Made by a program: the position numbers and the translations under genes. A DNA stretch of 64,000 nt from the sequence record OR770614.1; one strand, 5' to 3'. The notes below the pieces were generated by a model. The model had not been told where the DNA came from. It ran no database searches and saw nothing but the letters and a program-made list of their open reading frames with translations. This DNA is from Staphylococcus phage vB_StaM_PB50. This document shows, in pieces, positions 19,640 through 28,977 of this stretch. Each line of letters starts with the position of its first letter. Position 1 is the stretch's first letter.

Positions 19640-20287
19640 TTAAAATTCAACTGATTTACTATTAATTAATTGATCTACAATAATATCAATATCTCTTCCA
19701 AAATATTCTTCTATTAATACATTATCCCATGTTACATAATTTTTATCTTCAAAATATTCAATATCAATATCCATATAGACTAGCTCGATAATTAATTCTC
19801 TAAGATCTTCAATGTTATTAACATTTTCTATTTCGTTATTTTTTAAAGTTTTTTGTATAATGTAAAAATAATATAGACCATTTTGTTGTTCAGGTTCTTC
19901 ATTATTAAGTTGGATAATTTGATTACATAATCTTATAATATGTTTATGAGTTAATTTCCAATCTTCTTTGTTTAATAAAGATATTGTATTCTCTTCTACA
20001 ATATTTCTAGGATTTAGAATTTCATTATTCATGATTCTCATTAAGAATTTCAAAGAATCATTAACTGAAATTACATCTAATCTACTTAATTTTCCATTAT
20101 ATTTTTCAGTATTTAATTCTTTTTCTTTTTCTAAAAATAACTTAACAAATTCATTTCCTTTAACTATATGCTTTTGATCTCCTAAAAATGCTAAATCAAT
20201 ATAATCTATAGCTTTTTGATATGAATCTTTAATTCCTGAAAATTCTAAATTTGACTCTTTTAAATTACTTTTATTTATTTTTAACAT
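19640..20287 (-). CDS. hypothetical protein
   Basis: ORF track starts at 20407 overlapping upstream gene; AAAGGAGAAAT RBS precedes internal ATG (MLKINKSN) at ~20287. Confidence 0.5.
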   Translation of the reverse strand: MLKINKSNLKESNLEFSGIKDSYQKAIDYIDLAFLGDQKHIVKGNEFVKLFLEKEKELNTEKYNGKLSRLDVISVNDSLKFLMRIMNNEILNPRNIVEENTISLLNKEDWKLTHKHIIRLCNQIIQLNNEEPEQQNGLYYFYIIQKTLKNNEIENVNNIEDLRELIIELVYMDIDIEYFEDKNYVTWDNVLIEEYFGRDIDIIVDQLINSKSVEF

Positions 20288-20300
20288 AATTATTTCTCCT

Positions 20301-20609
20301 TTATTGTTCTGAATTATTGAAAATTGCGTGTTTCTCTTGTTTCTGATATTTTCTATGAAGTCTACCTGCTTTAGAAAATTCATCTGATCCTTTGTAAATA
20401 TTATCATTATTCTGATCTTTAACTCTCGCTATATGTTTTTCTCTATCGAAAGTTTTTTCATCTTTTTCTAGTTCATTAATTTCTTTAATTAATCTTTCTT
20501 TTTCTTTATGAAGTCTTTCTCTTATAGTGAATGATCTGTTTATTCCTATATTTGAATATACAGTTTTTAATTCTTTTCTTAACTCTACTAATTTATTTTT
20601 GTTATTCAT
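20301..20609 (-). CDS. hypothetical basic protein (paralog of 18667..18990)
   Basis: AAAGGAG RBS; shared KAGRLH motif. Confidence 0.5.
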   Translation of the reverse strand: MNNKNKLVELRKELKTVYSNIGINRSFTIRERLHKEKERLIKEINELEKDEKTFDREKHIARVKDQNNDNIYKGSDEFSKAGRLHRKYQKQEKHAIFNNSEQ

Positions 20610-20632
20610 TGATTTTTAGCTCCTTTTTATTG

Positions 20633-20689
20633 TTGGATCATAGAAAATTATAGACCTAATGAACTTGATACATTATATTCATTAAGTCT
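20633..20689 (-). promoter_or_regulatory. GGATCATAGAAAATTAT element + AGACCTAATGAA/TTCATTAAGTCT hairpin (copy 3)
   Basis: precedes AAAGGAG RBS of 20301..20609. Confidence 0.45.
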
Positions 20690-20715
20690 TTAAAACAGTT
20701 ATCCTCTTTCCTCCT

Positions 20716-20881
20716 CTATCCTAAATTAGAAAACGGATGTTCAAACGTTATTTCTGAAGCTCTTTTAAGAACTTGTTTTTCCATTTCCTTTTGCATAATT
20801 AATTCGTCAATCTTATTGTTAATTACTCCTAATACGATTCCTACACCAAATCCTACCAACGTTTTCAATACTAAGTTTTTC
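20716..20881 (-). CDS. small membrane protein (paralog of 19376..19541)
   Basis: MKNLVLKTLVGFGVGIVLGV...; ORF-track N-terminal extension spans hairpin/RBS. Confidence 0.5.
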
Positions 20882-20906
20882 ATAATAATTCCTCCATTAA
20901 TTTTTA

Positions 20907-20962
20907 TTAGAAAGATAATTAATATTTTATCTTTCTTCATTATTATAATATATACTTATTTT
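20907..20962 (-). promoter_or_regulatory. promoter-like motif + hairpin cassette (subtype)
   Basis: AAGTATATATTATAATAATGAAGAAAGATAA..TTATCTTTCT. Confidence 0.45.
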
Positions 20963-20970
20963 AGCATACA

Positions 20971-21594
20971 TTACGCTTTTTCTAAAACACCTAAATCATA
21001 TAAATGGTTAACCATAATATAAAATTCATCTTTATCTATATTTTTATTATTTGGTATCATTTCAAATAAATCATATTTATTTATATTAATAATATCTACA
21101 TTATCCTTATTTTTGTCTAAAACACGCTCTATGTGAATTGTATTATGCAATAGATTATTTAACTCAGGTAGATAAAAATAGATATTTTGATACTTACAAT
21201 TATCTGAATTTAACTCTATAATTAATTCATCTAGCTTATCTTTAATGTATTTGATAACTCTATCAAATGTACTACCATTTGTTAATTTAAAACCAGTAGA
21301 TCGAATTACTTCTTTAGTATCAAAAACATTAGATTTAACAATATTGTTTAACATCATTAAATCTTCTTTCAATAATTTGATATTTAAATTAGATTCATTA
21401 AAGTTGTTAGATTCTAATGCTTGGTATCTAGATTTTTCTAAATAATAAATAATGAAATTGTAATAATCTTTTAACGGTTTATAAGATATATATTCTTTAT
21501 TGATAATATCTCTATACTCATTTATTAGTTTTGTATAACTATCATCCGTTTTTATTTCTTTAACATTTGTTAATAGTTCATTGACTTTAATCAT
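20971..21594 (-). CDS. hypothetical protein
   Basis: AGAGGTG RBS then ATG (MIKVNELL); ORF track begins at an upstream GTG. Confidence 0.5.
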   Translation of the reverse strand: MIKVNELLTNVKEIKTDDSYTKLINEYRDIINKEYISYKPLKDYYNFIIYYLEKSRYQALESNNFNESNLNIKLLKEDLMMLNNIVKSNVFDTKEVIRSTGFKLTNGSTFDRVIKYIKDKLDELIIELNSDNCKYQNIYFYLPELNNLLHNTIHIERVLDKNKDNVDIININKYDLFEMIPNNKNIDKDEFYIMVNHLYDLGVLEKA

Positions 21595-21622
21595 AATATA
21601 TTGCACCTCTATATTTTTTATT

Positions 21623-21660
21623 TTTGGATCATAGAAAATTACATACCTAGAAAGCTAGAT
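21623..21660 (-). promoter_or_regulatory. GGATCATAGAAAATTACAT element (copy 4)
   Basis: precedes AGAGGTG RBS of 20971..21594. Confidence 0.4.
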
Positions 21661-21881
21661 ATAACATGTACTCGTATTTCAACTATTGATTTTACTATTG
21701 ATGTTAACGTTACAAGTGATATCGCTAATATAAGTTTTGTCCTTAAGCTTAATTTTCTTTTAAATATATAATTCTCTAAATAAGTAGATAAATATTTAGA
21801 AATTTCAAAAGACCCAAAAGCTATCGCTACTGGTATTAACGTATAATATAATAAAGCAATTATTATATCTAATATAAACAT
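21639..21881 (-). CDS. small membrane protein
   Basis: 80 aa, AAAAGGAGATGA RBS. Confidence 0.45.
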   Translation of the reverse strand: MFILDIIIALLYYTLIPVAIAFGSFEISKYLSTYLENYIFKRKLSLRTKLILAISLVTLTSIVKSIVEIRVHVISSFLGM

Positions 21882-21904
21882 TAATTCATCTCCTTTTTAT
21901 TTAT

Positions 21905-22020
21905 TTAAGATATATCATTATATATTATATATCTTCATTATTATAATATATATTTAAATAAATGATAATTACGAAAAAAAAAATATTAGAGGTAATGATC
22001 AAATTAATGATCATTACCTC
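21905..22020 (-). promoter_or_regulatory. terminator hairpin + promoter-like motif + leader hairpin
   Basis: GAGGTAATGATCA..TGATCATTACCTC followed (minus strand) by T10; then TTTAAATATATATTATAATAATG; then hairpin AAGATATAT..ATATATCTT; then AAAAGGAGATGA RBS. Confidence 0.5.
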
Positions 22021-22739
22021 AATTTTATTAATTCTTTTATTACTGTGTAAATATTAATATTGAAACCTTTAAATATAATTACAATCATATTCCATATTAA
22101 TAATAATATTTGAATTGATATAATTATATATTTTTCATTGACATTATTATTAATATTGTAATGTGATAATTCAAAATTTATTGTATTCATATTTAAAATT
22201 AGTATTGAAAATATTAATGGAAATAAAGAAAAGAATGAAGCAAAAGTAACTCTCATACTTTTATCTTTATATATTCCATAATCTGAAGAATAATGTAATA
22301 CCGTTATTATAAGTAGTATCATTACAAAAAACATAAATACTGAATTTAATATAGAAGAATCGGATATTAATAAACCAAATAAAAATATATTAGCAACAAT
22401 AAATATTCTTAAAATACTTTTCATTTTAATAAAACCAACAAATGCTAAATCTAATAATATATTAATAATTATTGCACTTAATATTACGATTAAAATGCTC
22501 CAATTCCATATTAAATTTCCATATGAAGATATATCATCAATTATAATTTGTAAAAATATTATTAATAATAAACTTAAATATACGGTAAAAGAAACTGGAG
22601 CAATATCATATATACTATTCTTTTTATCTTTTATATTCTTATAGGTATAAAAATAAAATGTAATATATATTGATATTAATAAGAAAGGTATATTTAATAT
22701 CAATGATATAAAATTTAATTTATTTATTAAATCCATCAT
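22014..22739 (-). CDS. multi-pass membrane protein
   Basis: 241 aa, 6-7 hydrophobic helices. Confidence 0.5.
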   Translation of the reverse strand: MMDLINKLNFISLILNIPFLLISIYITFYFYTYKNIKDKKNSIYDIAPVSFTVYLSLLLIIFLQIIIDDISSYGNLIWNWSILIVILSAIIINILLDLAFVGFIKMKSILRIFIVANIFLFGLLISDSSILNSVFMFFVMILLIITVLHYSSDYGIYKDKSMRVTFASFFSLFPLIFSILILNMNTINFELSHYNINNNVNEKYIIISIQILLLIWNMIVIIFKGFNINIYTVIKELIKLR

Positions 22740-22758
22740 AATTTAAAACACATTCTTT

Positions 22759-23376
22759 CTATTCTGATTTACTAAATTCATTAATAAAATTATATTCTTG
22801 ATCAATATCTTTAAAATATTCGTCTATAATTTTACTCTGTTTAGATAGTATATTAATCTCTGTTACACTTGGTTTAAGATTAAGAACTTTCTGATTCACT
22901 GTCTCTGATTTAAAAACATCATTTAAACGTTTATTCATAAGAGAAGTATCTATTTTAGAAATATATTCATTTAATTCAATTGTATCAATATCAACAGGTA
23001 TAATAAAGTATAAGTTAGTCTTAATTATTTCATTATCTTCTGTTTTATTTCCTGTATAAATAATATTAACTTTATCAACTGATTTTAAATCAGAATTCAT
23101 AATATTATCAATAATTTTAGCATTTGAATTTTTAAAGTCTTTATCAATATTATCTAGATAATTGTAAAATTCATTAAATCTAACGATATGACCTGTATGG
23201 AAATCAAATCTCATTTTAAATTGATTTTTTCCTTTTTTATTGAATTTAACAACTTCATTAATATCTTTTATATCATGCGTGTAATCTGGTTTAACCTTTT
23301 TATTAAATTCAAAATTAGACAATAATAAATAATTATTATTGTCTTTATCTTGAAATATTAGAAATTTATTTTTCAT
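22759..23376 (-). CDS. hypothetical protein
   Basis: 205-aa ORF. Confidence 0.5.
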   Translation of the reverse strand: MKNKFLIFQDKDNNNYLLLSNFEFNKKVKPDYTHDIKDINEVVKFNKKGKNQFKMRFDFHTGHIVRFNEFYNYLDNIDKDFKNSNAKIIDNIMNSDLKSVDKVNIIYTGNKTEDNEIIKTNLYFIIPVDIDTIELNEYISKIDTSLMNKRLNDVFKSETVNQKVLNLKPSVTEINILSKQSKIIDEYFKDIDQEYNFINEFSKSE

Positions 23377-23390
23377 AATTCATTTCACCC

Positions 23391-23918
23391 TTATCCGTTT
23401 TTAATTTTGTCAAATCCGTCTATTAATTTAAGTAATTTATATGACATTAATGTTACTGATAAATTATTATAAGTTGATACATAAAGTTCTTTAAGATCTT
23501 TATTATTAAATTCATCTTTATTAATTTTATTAATAATTTCATCTAAAGATGTTTCTAATATTAATACTGATTTATAATCATCTTTATTAATATTTGTTTT
23601 AATATCACTTGATGTTTTTAATAAAGTACTGATATTCTCTTTATCAGCTTCATTAACTTCATTATCTTTGAAGATATCAATTATATTATCTTCAATATTC
23701 TTTAATTCTTTTAGTGAATTATTAATATTGATACTTATATACATTTTATTATTTTCTAAATCTCTCTTATTACTGATATTCTCTAATATACCTTTTAAGA
23801 TATTCTTATTAGGAAATTCCTCCAATTTACTACTTGTTTGAAAATCTGTTAATTCTTTAAATATTTCTTCAAATGTAAAAATTTCTTGTTTGTTTGACAT
23901 ATCCATTTCACTCTCCAT
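23391..23918 (-). CDS. hypothetical protein
   Basis: 175-aa ORF with promoter cassette upstream. Confidence 0.5.
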   Translation of the reverse strand: MESEMDMSNKQEIFTFEEIFKELTDFQTSSKLEEFPNKNILKGILENISNKRDLENNKMYISININNSLKELKNIEDNIIDIFKDNEVNEADKENISTLLKTSSDIKTNINKDDYKSVLILETSLDEIINKINKDEFNNKDLKELYVSTYNNLSVTLMSYKLLKLIDGFDKIKNG

Positions 23919-23931
23919 TTTAATAATTTAA

Positions 23932-23990
23932 TATAGGTAATGAGCGTTATAATATTTGCTCATTACCTATTTATAATATATATTTATTTC
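23932..23990 (-). promoter_or_regulatory. promoter-like motif + hairpin cassette
   Basis: AAATATATATTATAAAT then hairpin AGGTAATGAGC..GCTCATTACCT. Confidence 0.45.
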
Positions 23991-25052
23991 TTATTTAATA
24001 CTACTAAATAATATTGGATCTGATAATTTAATTCTTTCTTTAGGAACTCCAAAATCTTTTTCTTCTTCATGTAAATTGTAATAAATATTAGCATCATTAA
24101 GTTTAACTGCAATTGAATTGCCCAACATTCTATAACTTTTATAATCTGATAATTTAACATCTTTATCTGAATAAATATTTATATTCATATTAAGTAAACC
24201 TAATTTACTTAAATAATCAAATACAAATTTATATCCTTTTCCATTATTAGCTATAAATAAATCATTATCATTTATCTCCCTATTATGAATATGATTAAAT
24301 ATAGATATAATGTCAAAGAAACCTTCTGCTATATGAATGTTATACACATTTTGATCCAATGCCAAATTATTCGTGATTGAATAAAATCTATTACTTTCTT
24401 CTGCTAGATTTTTAAATATCTTTTGTTTAAAGTGTTTTCTACCAGTAACTTCATTAAACATTTTTCTACAATTTATAGTGTTTCTATCATTTAACATATA
24501 ACTAAAATAATTTTGATTTAATGTATTTATTTGAAGTTTATTATCTATATCAAAATTATTCTTTCTATAGAAATCATTTATATTTAATATTAGTTTATAT
24601 AAATCAATATCTGATTCACTAATATTAATTCCTAATCTTTCATTGATATAATTAATTTTTCCTATTTCTAATTCATTATATTGATCTGGATAGTAATCTA
24701 ATACTTTAGTATTTCTATCAATAAAACTTTTACCGTATTTTCTATTTAAGTTAGATAAGTAATTATTATATTCACTATTAATATAACTACCAATATCAGC
24801 TTGATTAGAGTTTAGCATTTCTAATACTTTACTATTCATAACTCCTGAAGCATTACATCTCTGACAGAAATATTTAAATGGTGTATTATTTTGAATATAC
24901 ATATGTGTTGATTTATTAGATTTTTTAGAATCACCACAAAATGGACATCTAACCATTGTTTCATCTTGAGAAGAAGTTAATCTACATGGATTAACATTCT
25001 GTTTTAAATGATGGTATAAAGTTAAATCGTATTTACTCATGTAGATTAACAC
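23991..25052 (-). CDS. DnaG-like DNA primase (zinc ribbon + TOPRIM)
   Basis: N-terminal CPFCGD...CQRCNASG zinc ribbon; TOPRIM motifs IAEGFFDIISI (E-G-x-x-D) and NIYSDKD (DxD). Confidence 0.65.
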   Translation of the reverse strand: MLIYMSKYDLTLYHHLKQNVNPCRLTSSQDETMVRCPFCGDSKKSNKSTHMYIQNNTPFKYFCQRCNASGVMNSKVLEMLNSNQADIGSYINSEYNNYLSNLNRKYGKSFIDRNTKVLDYYPDQYNELEIGKINYINERLGINISESDIDLYKLILNINDFYRKNNFDIDNKLQINTLNQNYFSYMLNDRNTINCRKMFNEVTGRKHFKQKIFKNLAEESNRFYSITNNLALDQNVYNIHIAEGFFDIISIFNHIHNREINDNDLFIANNGKGYKFVFDYLSKLGLLNMNINIYSDKDVKLSDYKSYRMLGNSIAVKLNDANIYYNLHEEEKDFGVPKERIKLSDPILFSSIK

Positions 25053-25066
25053 TTCTTTCTTTTATA

Positions 25067-25729
25067 TTATAATAAATTAATAATTTTTCGAGCAACTTTA
25101 TCAAAGATAGATTCTTGTTTTCCTGCTTTTTTAATATCTACATTATCACGATATTCTCTACCTGTTTCAGGATCTTTTTGAACATTTTGCATCTTATCTT
25201 TAATTTCTTTAGCTTTTTCTTCTGTTTTATTTTTAAGTCCTTCTGTAGCTTCTTTTGTTTTCTCTACTGTAGGTGATTCAACTACAGTTTCTACAGCTAA
25301 TTCTACTTTACTTGGTTTAACTTCATCTCCACGTAAAATTTTCTTGTATTCGTTAAATGTAGGATATCCTTCTTTAGCAAATCTATAATCTTCAGTTAAA
25401 TGTCCAAAATATTCAGCTCTACGAATATGAGTAATAGTGTGAGTTTTTCTTTCAATTCCATATTTCTCTTTAAATTCTTTTAAAATGTAAGTATTACCAT
25501 GTCCTTTATCGATTAAACCAGCAATAAAGTGAACTTGCTCTTTAGTTAATTTTGGTGTACCTTTAGTAGTTGTTTGTTTTTTAGTCATTTTTAAATCATC
25601 CTTTTTATTATTATTTTTTGGCAAATCTATAATTTTTTCGTTAATTGAGTTTTCTAATTTAATTTCTTTTTCTAACTTTTTCTTTTCTAACTTTTTTCTT
25701 TGTCGTTTATTCATGGTCAATGTCTCCAA
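25067..25729 (-). CDS. hypothetical protein (shares N-terminal domain with 52564..53208)
   Basis: 220 aa; QVHFIAGLIDKGHGNTYILKEFKEKY vs QLHFISKMIDKGYNNKIILLLFKEEF. Confidence 0.5.
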   Translation of the reverse strand: METLTMNKRQRKKLEKKKLEKEIKLENSINEKIIDLPKNNNKKDDLKMTKKQTTTKGTPKLTKEQVHFIAGLIDKGHGNTYILKEFKEKYGIERKTHTITHIRRAEYFGHLTEDYRFAKEGYPTFNEYKKILRGDEVKPSKVELAVETVVESPTVEKTKEATEGLKNKTEEKAKEIKDKMQNVQKDPETGREYRDNVDIKKAGKQESIFDKVARKIINLL

Positions 25730-25748
25730 TTATATTTATTTAATTTTC

Positions 25749-25868
25749 TTATCTATTTTTCTGACACTGTTTAGCTAATTCCCTCATCACCTTTGTTCTC
25801 TTTGCCCCTTTCTTTGCTACTGCTCTATTTCTCTTGTAATTTCTCACCATTTGATTTAGAATTTCTCT
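25749..25868 (-). CDS. small basic ORF (about 40 aa), uncertain
   Basis: AAAGGAGAAG RBS + ATG (MREILNQMVRNYKRNR...) in a locally GC-richer stretch just after beta-prime-N exon 2; preceded by hairpin GAATAACG...CGTTATTC. Confidence 0.3.
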   Translation of the reverse strand, partial: REILNQMVRNYKRNRAVAKKGAKRTKVMRELAKQCQKNR

Positions 25869-25935
25869 CATCTTTATCTTCTCCTTTATATAATAATAAG
25901 AATAACGATCTAATAAGACCGTTATTCTAAAAAAT

Positions 25936-26133
25936 CTATTCACTAGCTTTAATATCTACATTTTTTGATTTAGGATTATTTAATAAATAAACAGCTATTT
26001 GTGAGTCTTTATTAAGTGAGTAAGTTCTATTAAACAATCCATCATTATATGAAATTAATTGGTTTACTGGATCTTGTACTTTTAATTGTTCGTATTGTTC
26101 TTCTGAAAATAGTGCTATGATATTTAAAGTATC
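25936..26133 (-). CDS. RNA polymerase beta-prime N-terminal fragment, exon 2
   Basis: DTLNIIALFSEEQYEQLKVQDPVNQLISYNDG...QIAVYLL aligns to bacterial RpoC immediately after the catalytic NADFDGDQMAVHVPL (..LEAQLEAR..NNILSPANGEP..QDVVLGLYY); joins exon 1 to give GADYDG-D. Confidence 0.7.
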   Translation of the reverse strand, partial: DTLNIIALFSEEQYEQLKVQDPVNQLISYNDGLFNRTYSLNKDSQIAVYLLNNPKSKNVDIKASE

Positions 26134-27861
26134 CATTTATCTTAACCTACATTTAATATATAGGATGAGACTATATCTTATGGTTTCCCATTTATATATT
26201 TAGTCGTTGAACCTTATAATTAGGATGCTGATTAGTTTCAAACTGTCCCAGCAATTAATATGATTTATTGAAGGCAATAAATCAATAAATTTTATAATTC
26301 ATTAAAATATTTCCGCTATTCCAAATTCGATAAACACCCGATTGTTTTTTAGGAAAATCTGAGTATTCCATGTTTTCATTAATGTAATTTGGAAAGTATT
26401 CTGGTATAATAGATTTTTCAAATTCATGAACTGAATAAATATTTCTTTTAAAAATTATTTTACATGTAGATTTTAATTCTTTAACATAATTAAAACCAAA
26501 ATCTTTGAAATATTTACCATCAGAATAATCTTTATTTATTATTAAATCTATTGTTTTTATATTGTTTCTTTTGAAATATTTAATTGAATTACTTAATAAT
26601 TTAAATAAACCACCATTTACAATTGTTTTATTACTAAAAGCAAATTTTTCTAATTTAACTTTATTCTTATTTATATAATTATATGACATAATTGCAATTA
26701 TTTCATCATTAATTTTTAATGAAAAATTAATATCATGAGAGGAATTTATATAGGTACTATTATTTTTATAGAAGTTTTTAGCGTCATAATCGTTAATTAT
26801 TTCAAAATTACATTCTCTAGCATTTATTTTCTTTTCTTGAAAATAATCTATAGAATACAATATCCTATTAATTATTAAATCTTTTTTAAACTCGTAATCT
26901 AATGAGTTAATAAAATATATTTCAATATCAAAATTATTTTTAAAAAAATCTTTCTTATGTTTATGATATTCTTTATTTTTCATTTTATCTGAATGATAAT
27001 AGTATCCATTAAATTCAAATCCTATTTTTTTATCTGGAAAGAATAGATCTACTTCATATATTTGATCATTAAAAGAGAATCTTTTGTTATTTAAAATAAT
27101 TCCTTTATATGATTCTTTTATATATTTTATTAATTCAATTTCTTGATTAGATTTAATATTTTTACAAAGAGGACATCTATATCCTTGTTGAAAGTCATTA
27201 ACTCTTACACTATAAATATTACCACATTTTTTATGTTTTATTGGATATTTTTCTTTATTATTGAATTTATAATTTAAATCCAACCATTCATATTCATTAC
27301 CATCTTTAGATTCAGATAATATTTTTATTAAATAATTTTCATCATCTTTATAATAATATTTACCTCTTTTTTTATTTGAACAAAAAGGACATCTTCTTTT
27401 CTTATTTCCCAAAAATAAGCGTGGTTCTACTTTATATTCATTTCCGCATATTTCATGTCTTAATAAAACTTTATCGCTACCATTTTTATTAAAACCTTCT
27501 ATATAAGTATAATCTTTATTTTCTTTTTTAATTTCTTCAAAAAAGTCTTTATCCGATATATTTTTATAATTTCTAGCTTTTTTATTCCCTTCATTTTTAA
27601 AACATTTCGGACATCTTCCTTTTCCTTCATTTAAGAAAATATTACCTTTAGATACTCTATATTCTTCACCACAAATTTTATGTTTTAAAATAAAAGGCTT
27701 TGAAGTTCCCTCATAATTGCTTATTAATTCATAATTATTATTATCTATATTTTTTATTTTGTTTATTACATCTTCTTCTGTTAATTTAGGTGGCATAAAC
27801 TCATCCTTTCAATTAATTATTAAGGAGGTTTATTTAAATTTATTTTTTATTGATAATTTTT
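26134..27861 (-). mobile_element. group I intron in beta-prime gene (HEG-containing), about 1.73 kb
   Basis: last exon-1 nucleotide U, intron ends ..AAAUG; 3' 145 nt contain R (GGUUCAACGACUAAAU) and S (AAGAUAUAGUC) P7 elements homologous to the mini-introns in beta-C; contains 504-aa ORF with own RBS. Confidence 0.7.
26282..27796 (-). CDS. intron-encoded putative homing endonuclease (3 zinc ribbons + Vsr/EDxHD-like PD-(D/E)xK domain)
   Basis: three repeats of C-G-x-x-Y...C-P-x-C zinc ribbons; YEVDLFFPDKKIGFEFNGYYYHS matches the Vsr/DUF559-type nuclease core; GAAAGGATGAG RBS inside intron. Confidence 0.6.
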   Translation of the reverse strand: MPPKLTEEDVINKIKNIDNNNYELISNYEGTSKPFILKHKICGEEYRVSKGNIFLNEGKGRCPKCFKNEGNKKARNYKNISDKDFFEEIKKENKDYTYIEGFNKNGSDKVLLRHEICGNEYKVEPRLFLGNKKRRCPFCSNKKRGKYYYKDDENYLIKILSESKDGNEYEWLDLNYKFNNKEKYPIKHKKCGNIYSVRVNDFQQGYRCPLCKNIKSNQEIELIKYIKESYKGIILNNKRFSFNDQIYEVDLFFPDKKIGFEFNGYYYHSDKMKNKEYHKHKKDFFKNNFDIEIYFINSLDYEFKKDLIINRILYSIDYFQEKKINARECNFEIINDYDAKNFYKNNSTYINSSHDINFSLKINDEIIAIMSYNYINKNKVKLEKFAFSNKTIVNGGLFKLLSNSIKYFKRNNIKTIDLIINKDYSDGKYFKDFGFNYVKELKSTCKIIFKRNIYSVHEFEKSIIPEYFPNYINENMEYSDFPKKQSGVYRIWNSGNILMNYKIY

Positions 27862-28974
27862 ACCATCATAGTCTGCACCCATACCAGCAAGTATATTATT
27901 ACTGATACCTACTACTGATGATTCTATATCTTGAATTATATCTTTAATTTTTAATATTTGAACTGAGCTTTCACTAATACTGGGATTTCTATTTAAAATA
28001 ACTCTCATTCCATTTTCAGTTTTATCAACTAGTTCTCTCATATATTTATATACTTTAGGATTAAATGTATCTAATGCTCTGTCTAATATTTCTTCACCTT
28101 TAGCTAAAGGAATATTTTCTGTTACATACATTAAATTTGCTAAGATAGGTTTATATACTTCTAAGAAGATGGTATAATTTAATCTAATTTCATTTAATTT
28201 AAGGTCAGGTGCTGGAACAATTACTGAACGTGCAGAGAAACCAACACGACTACCCATTAGTAATTTACGAATAGTTCCACCTTTACCTTTAATATTCTCA
28301 TTAATTACACGATCACTAATATTAATACTATCATCTTGAATTTTACTTAATAGATTTAATTTTTGTAACTCTACTGAATCATCTGTATAATGTCTATCAA
28401 GTTCTTTAATACTATTACTATGAGCAATTAATAAATTATAATCTTTATTAATTTCAGAATGTCTAAAAGTTTTAGTAGCTTTATTAACTGTAGCAGGTCT
28501 TAATTTAGGACTAAATACAGTTACATAATTTTGGAATAGTAAATCAGATAAATACCATTGTACTACTCTATTGTAATCTTTAGTTTTACGTTTTTCACGT
28601 TTAACTTCTTCTTTAAGAATTTTTAAGAAATTCTTTCTAAATTCAATTAAACCAATATAAGAGTTATGATCATCTTCAGGTTCAATTACATTACCATTTT
28701 CATCAATAGGTTTTTCAGAACTAATAATTTCTTGGAATCTTTTATTACCAATTAATTTTTTAACACGTTCATAACCTAACGGATTTAAAATATAATTATT
28801 ACCTAAATCTACAATAGCTTCATTAGTAATATTATCTGCTTCTGAATCAGGACCGAAGATTTTCTCACTGAAGATACCATCTTCAGTGAAATCACCTTTC
28901 TTATCAATTGATTCATGATTAGTTACAACTGGAACATTTTCTAAATCCTTTTTCTTGAGTAAAAATCTAACCAT
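27862..28974 (-). CDS. RNA polymerase beta-prime N-terminal fragment, exon 1
   Basis: GIFSEKIFGP (cf. GLFCERIFGP), VFSPKLRPATV (cf. PPDLRP), GKGGTIRKLLMGSRVGFSARSVIVPAP (cf. [23 protein letters not shown]), NRNPSISESSVQ (cf. NRAPTLHRLGIQ), ends ILAGMGADYDG (cf. NADFDGD); ORF track read-through KNYQ-stop is intronic. Confidence 0.8.
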
Positions 28975-28977
28975 AAC

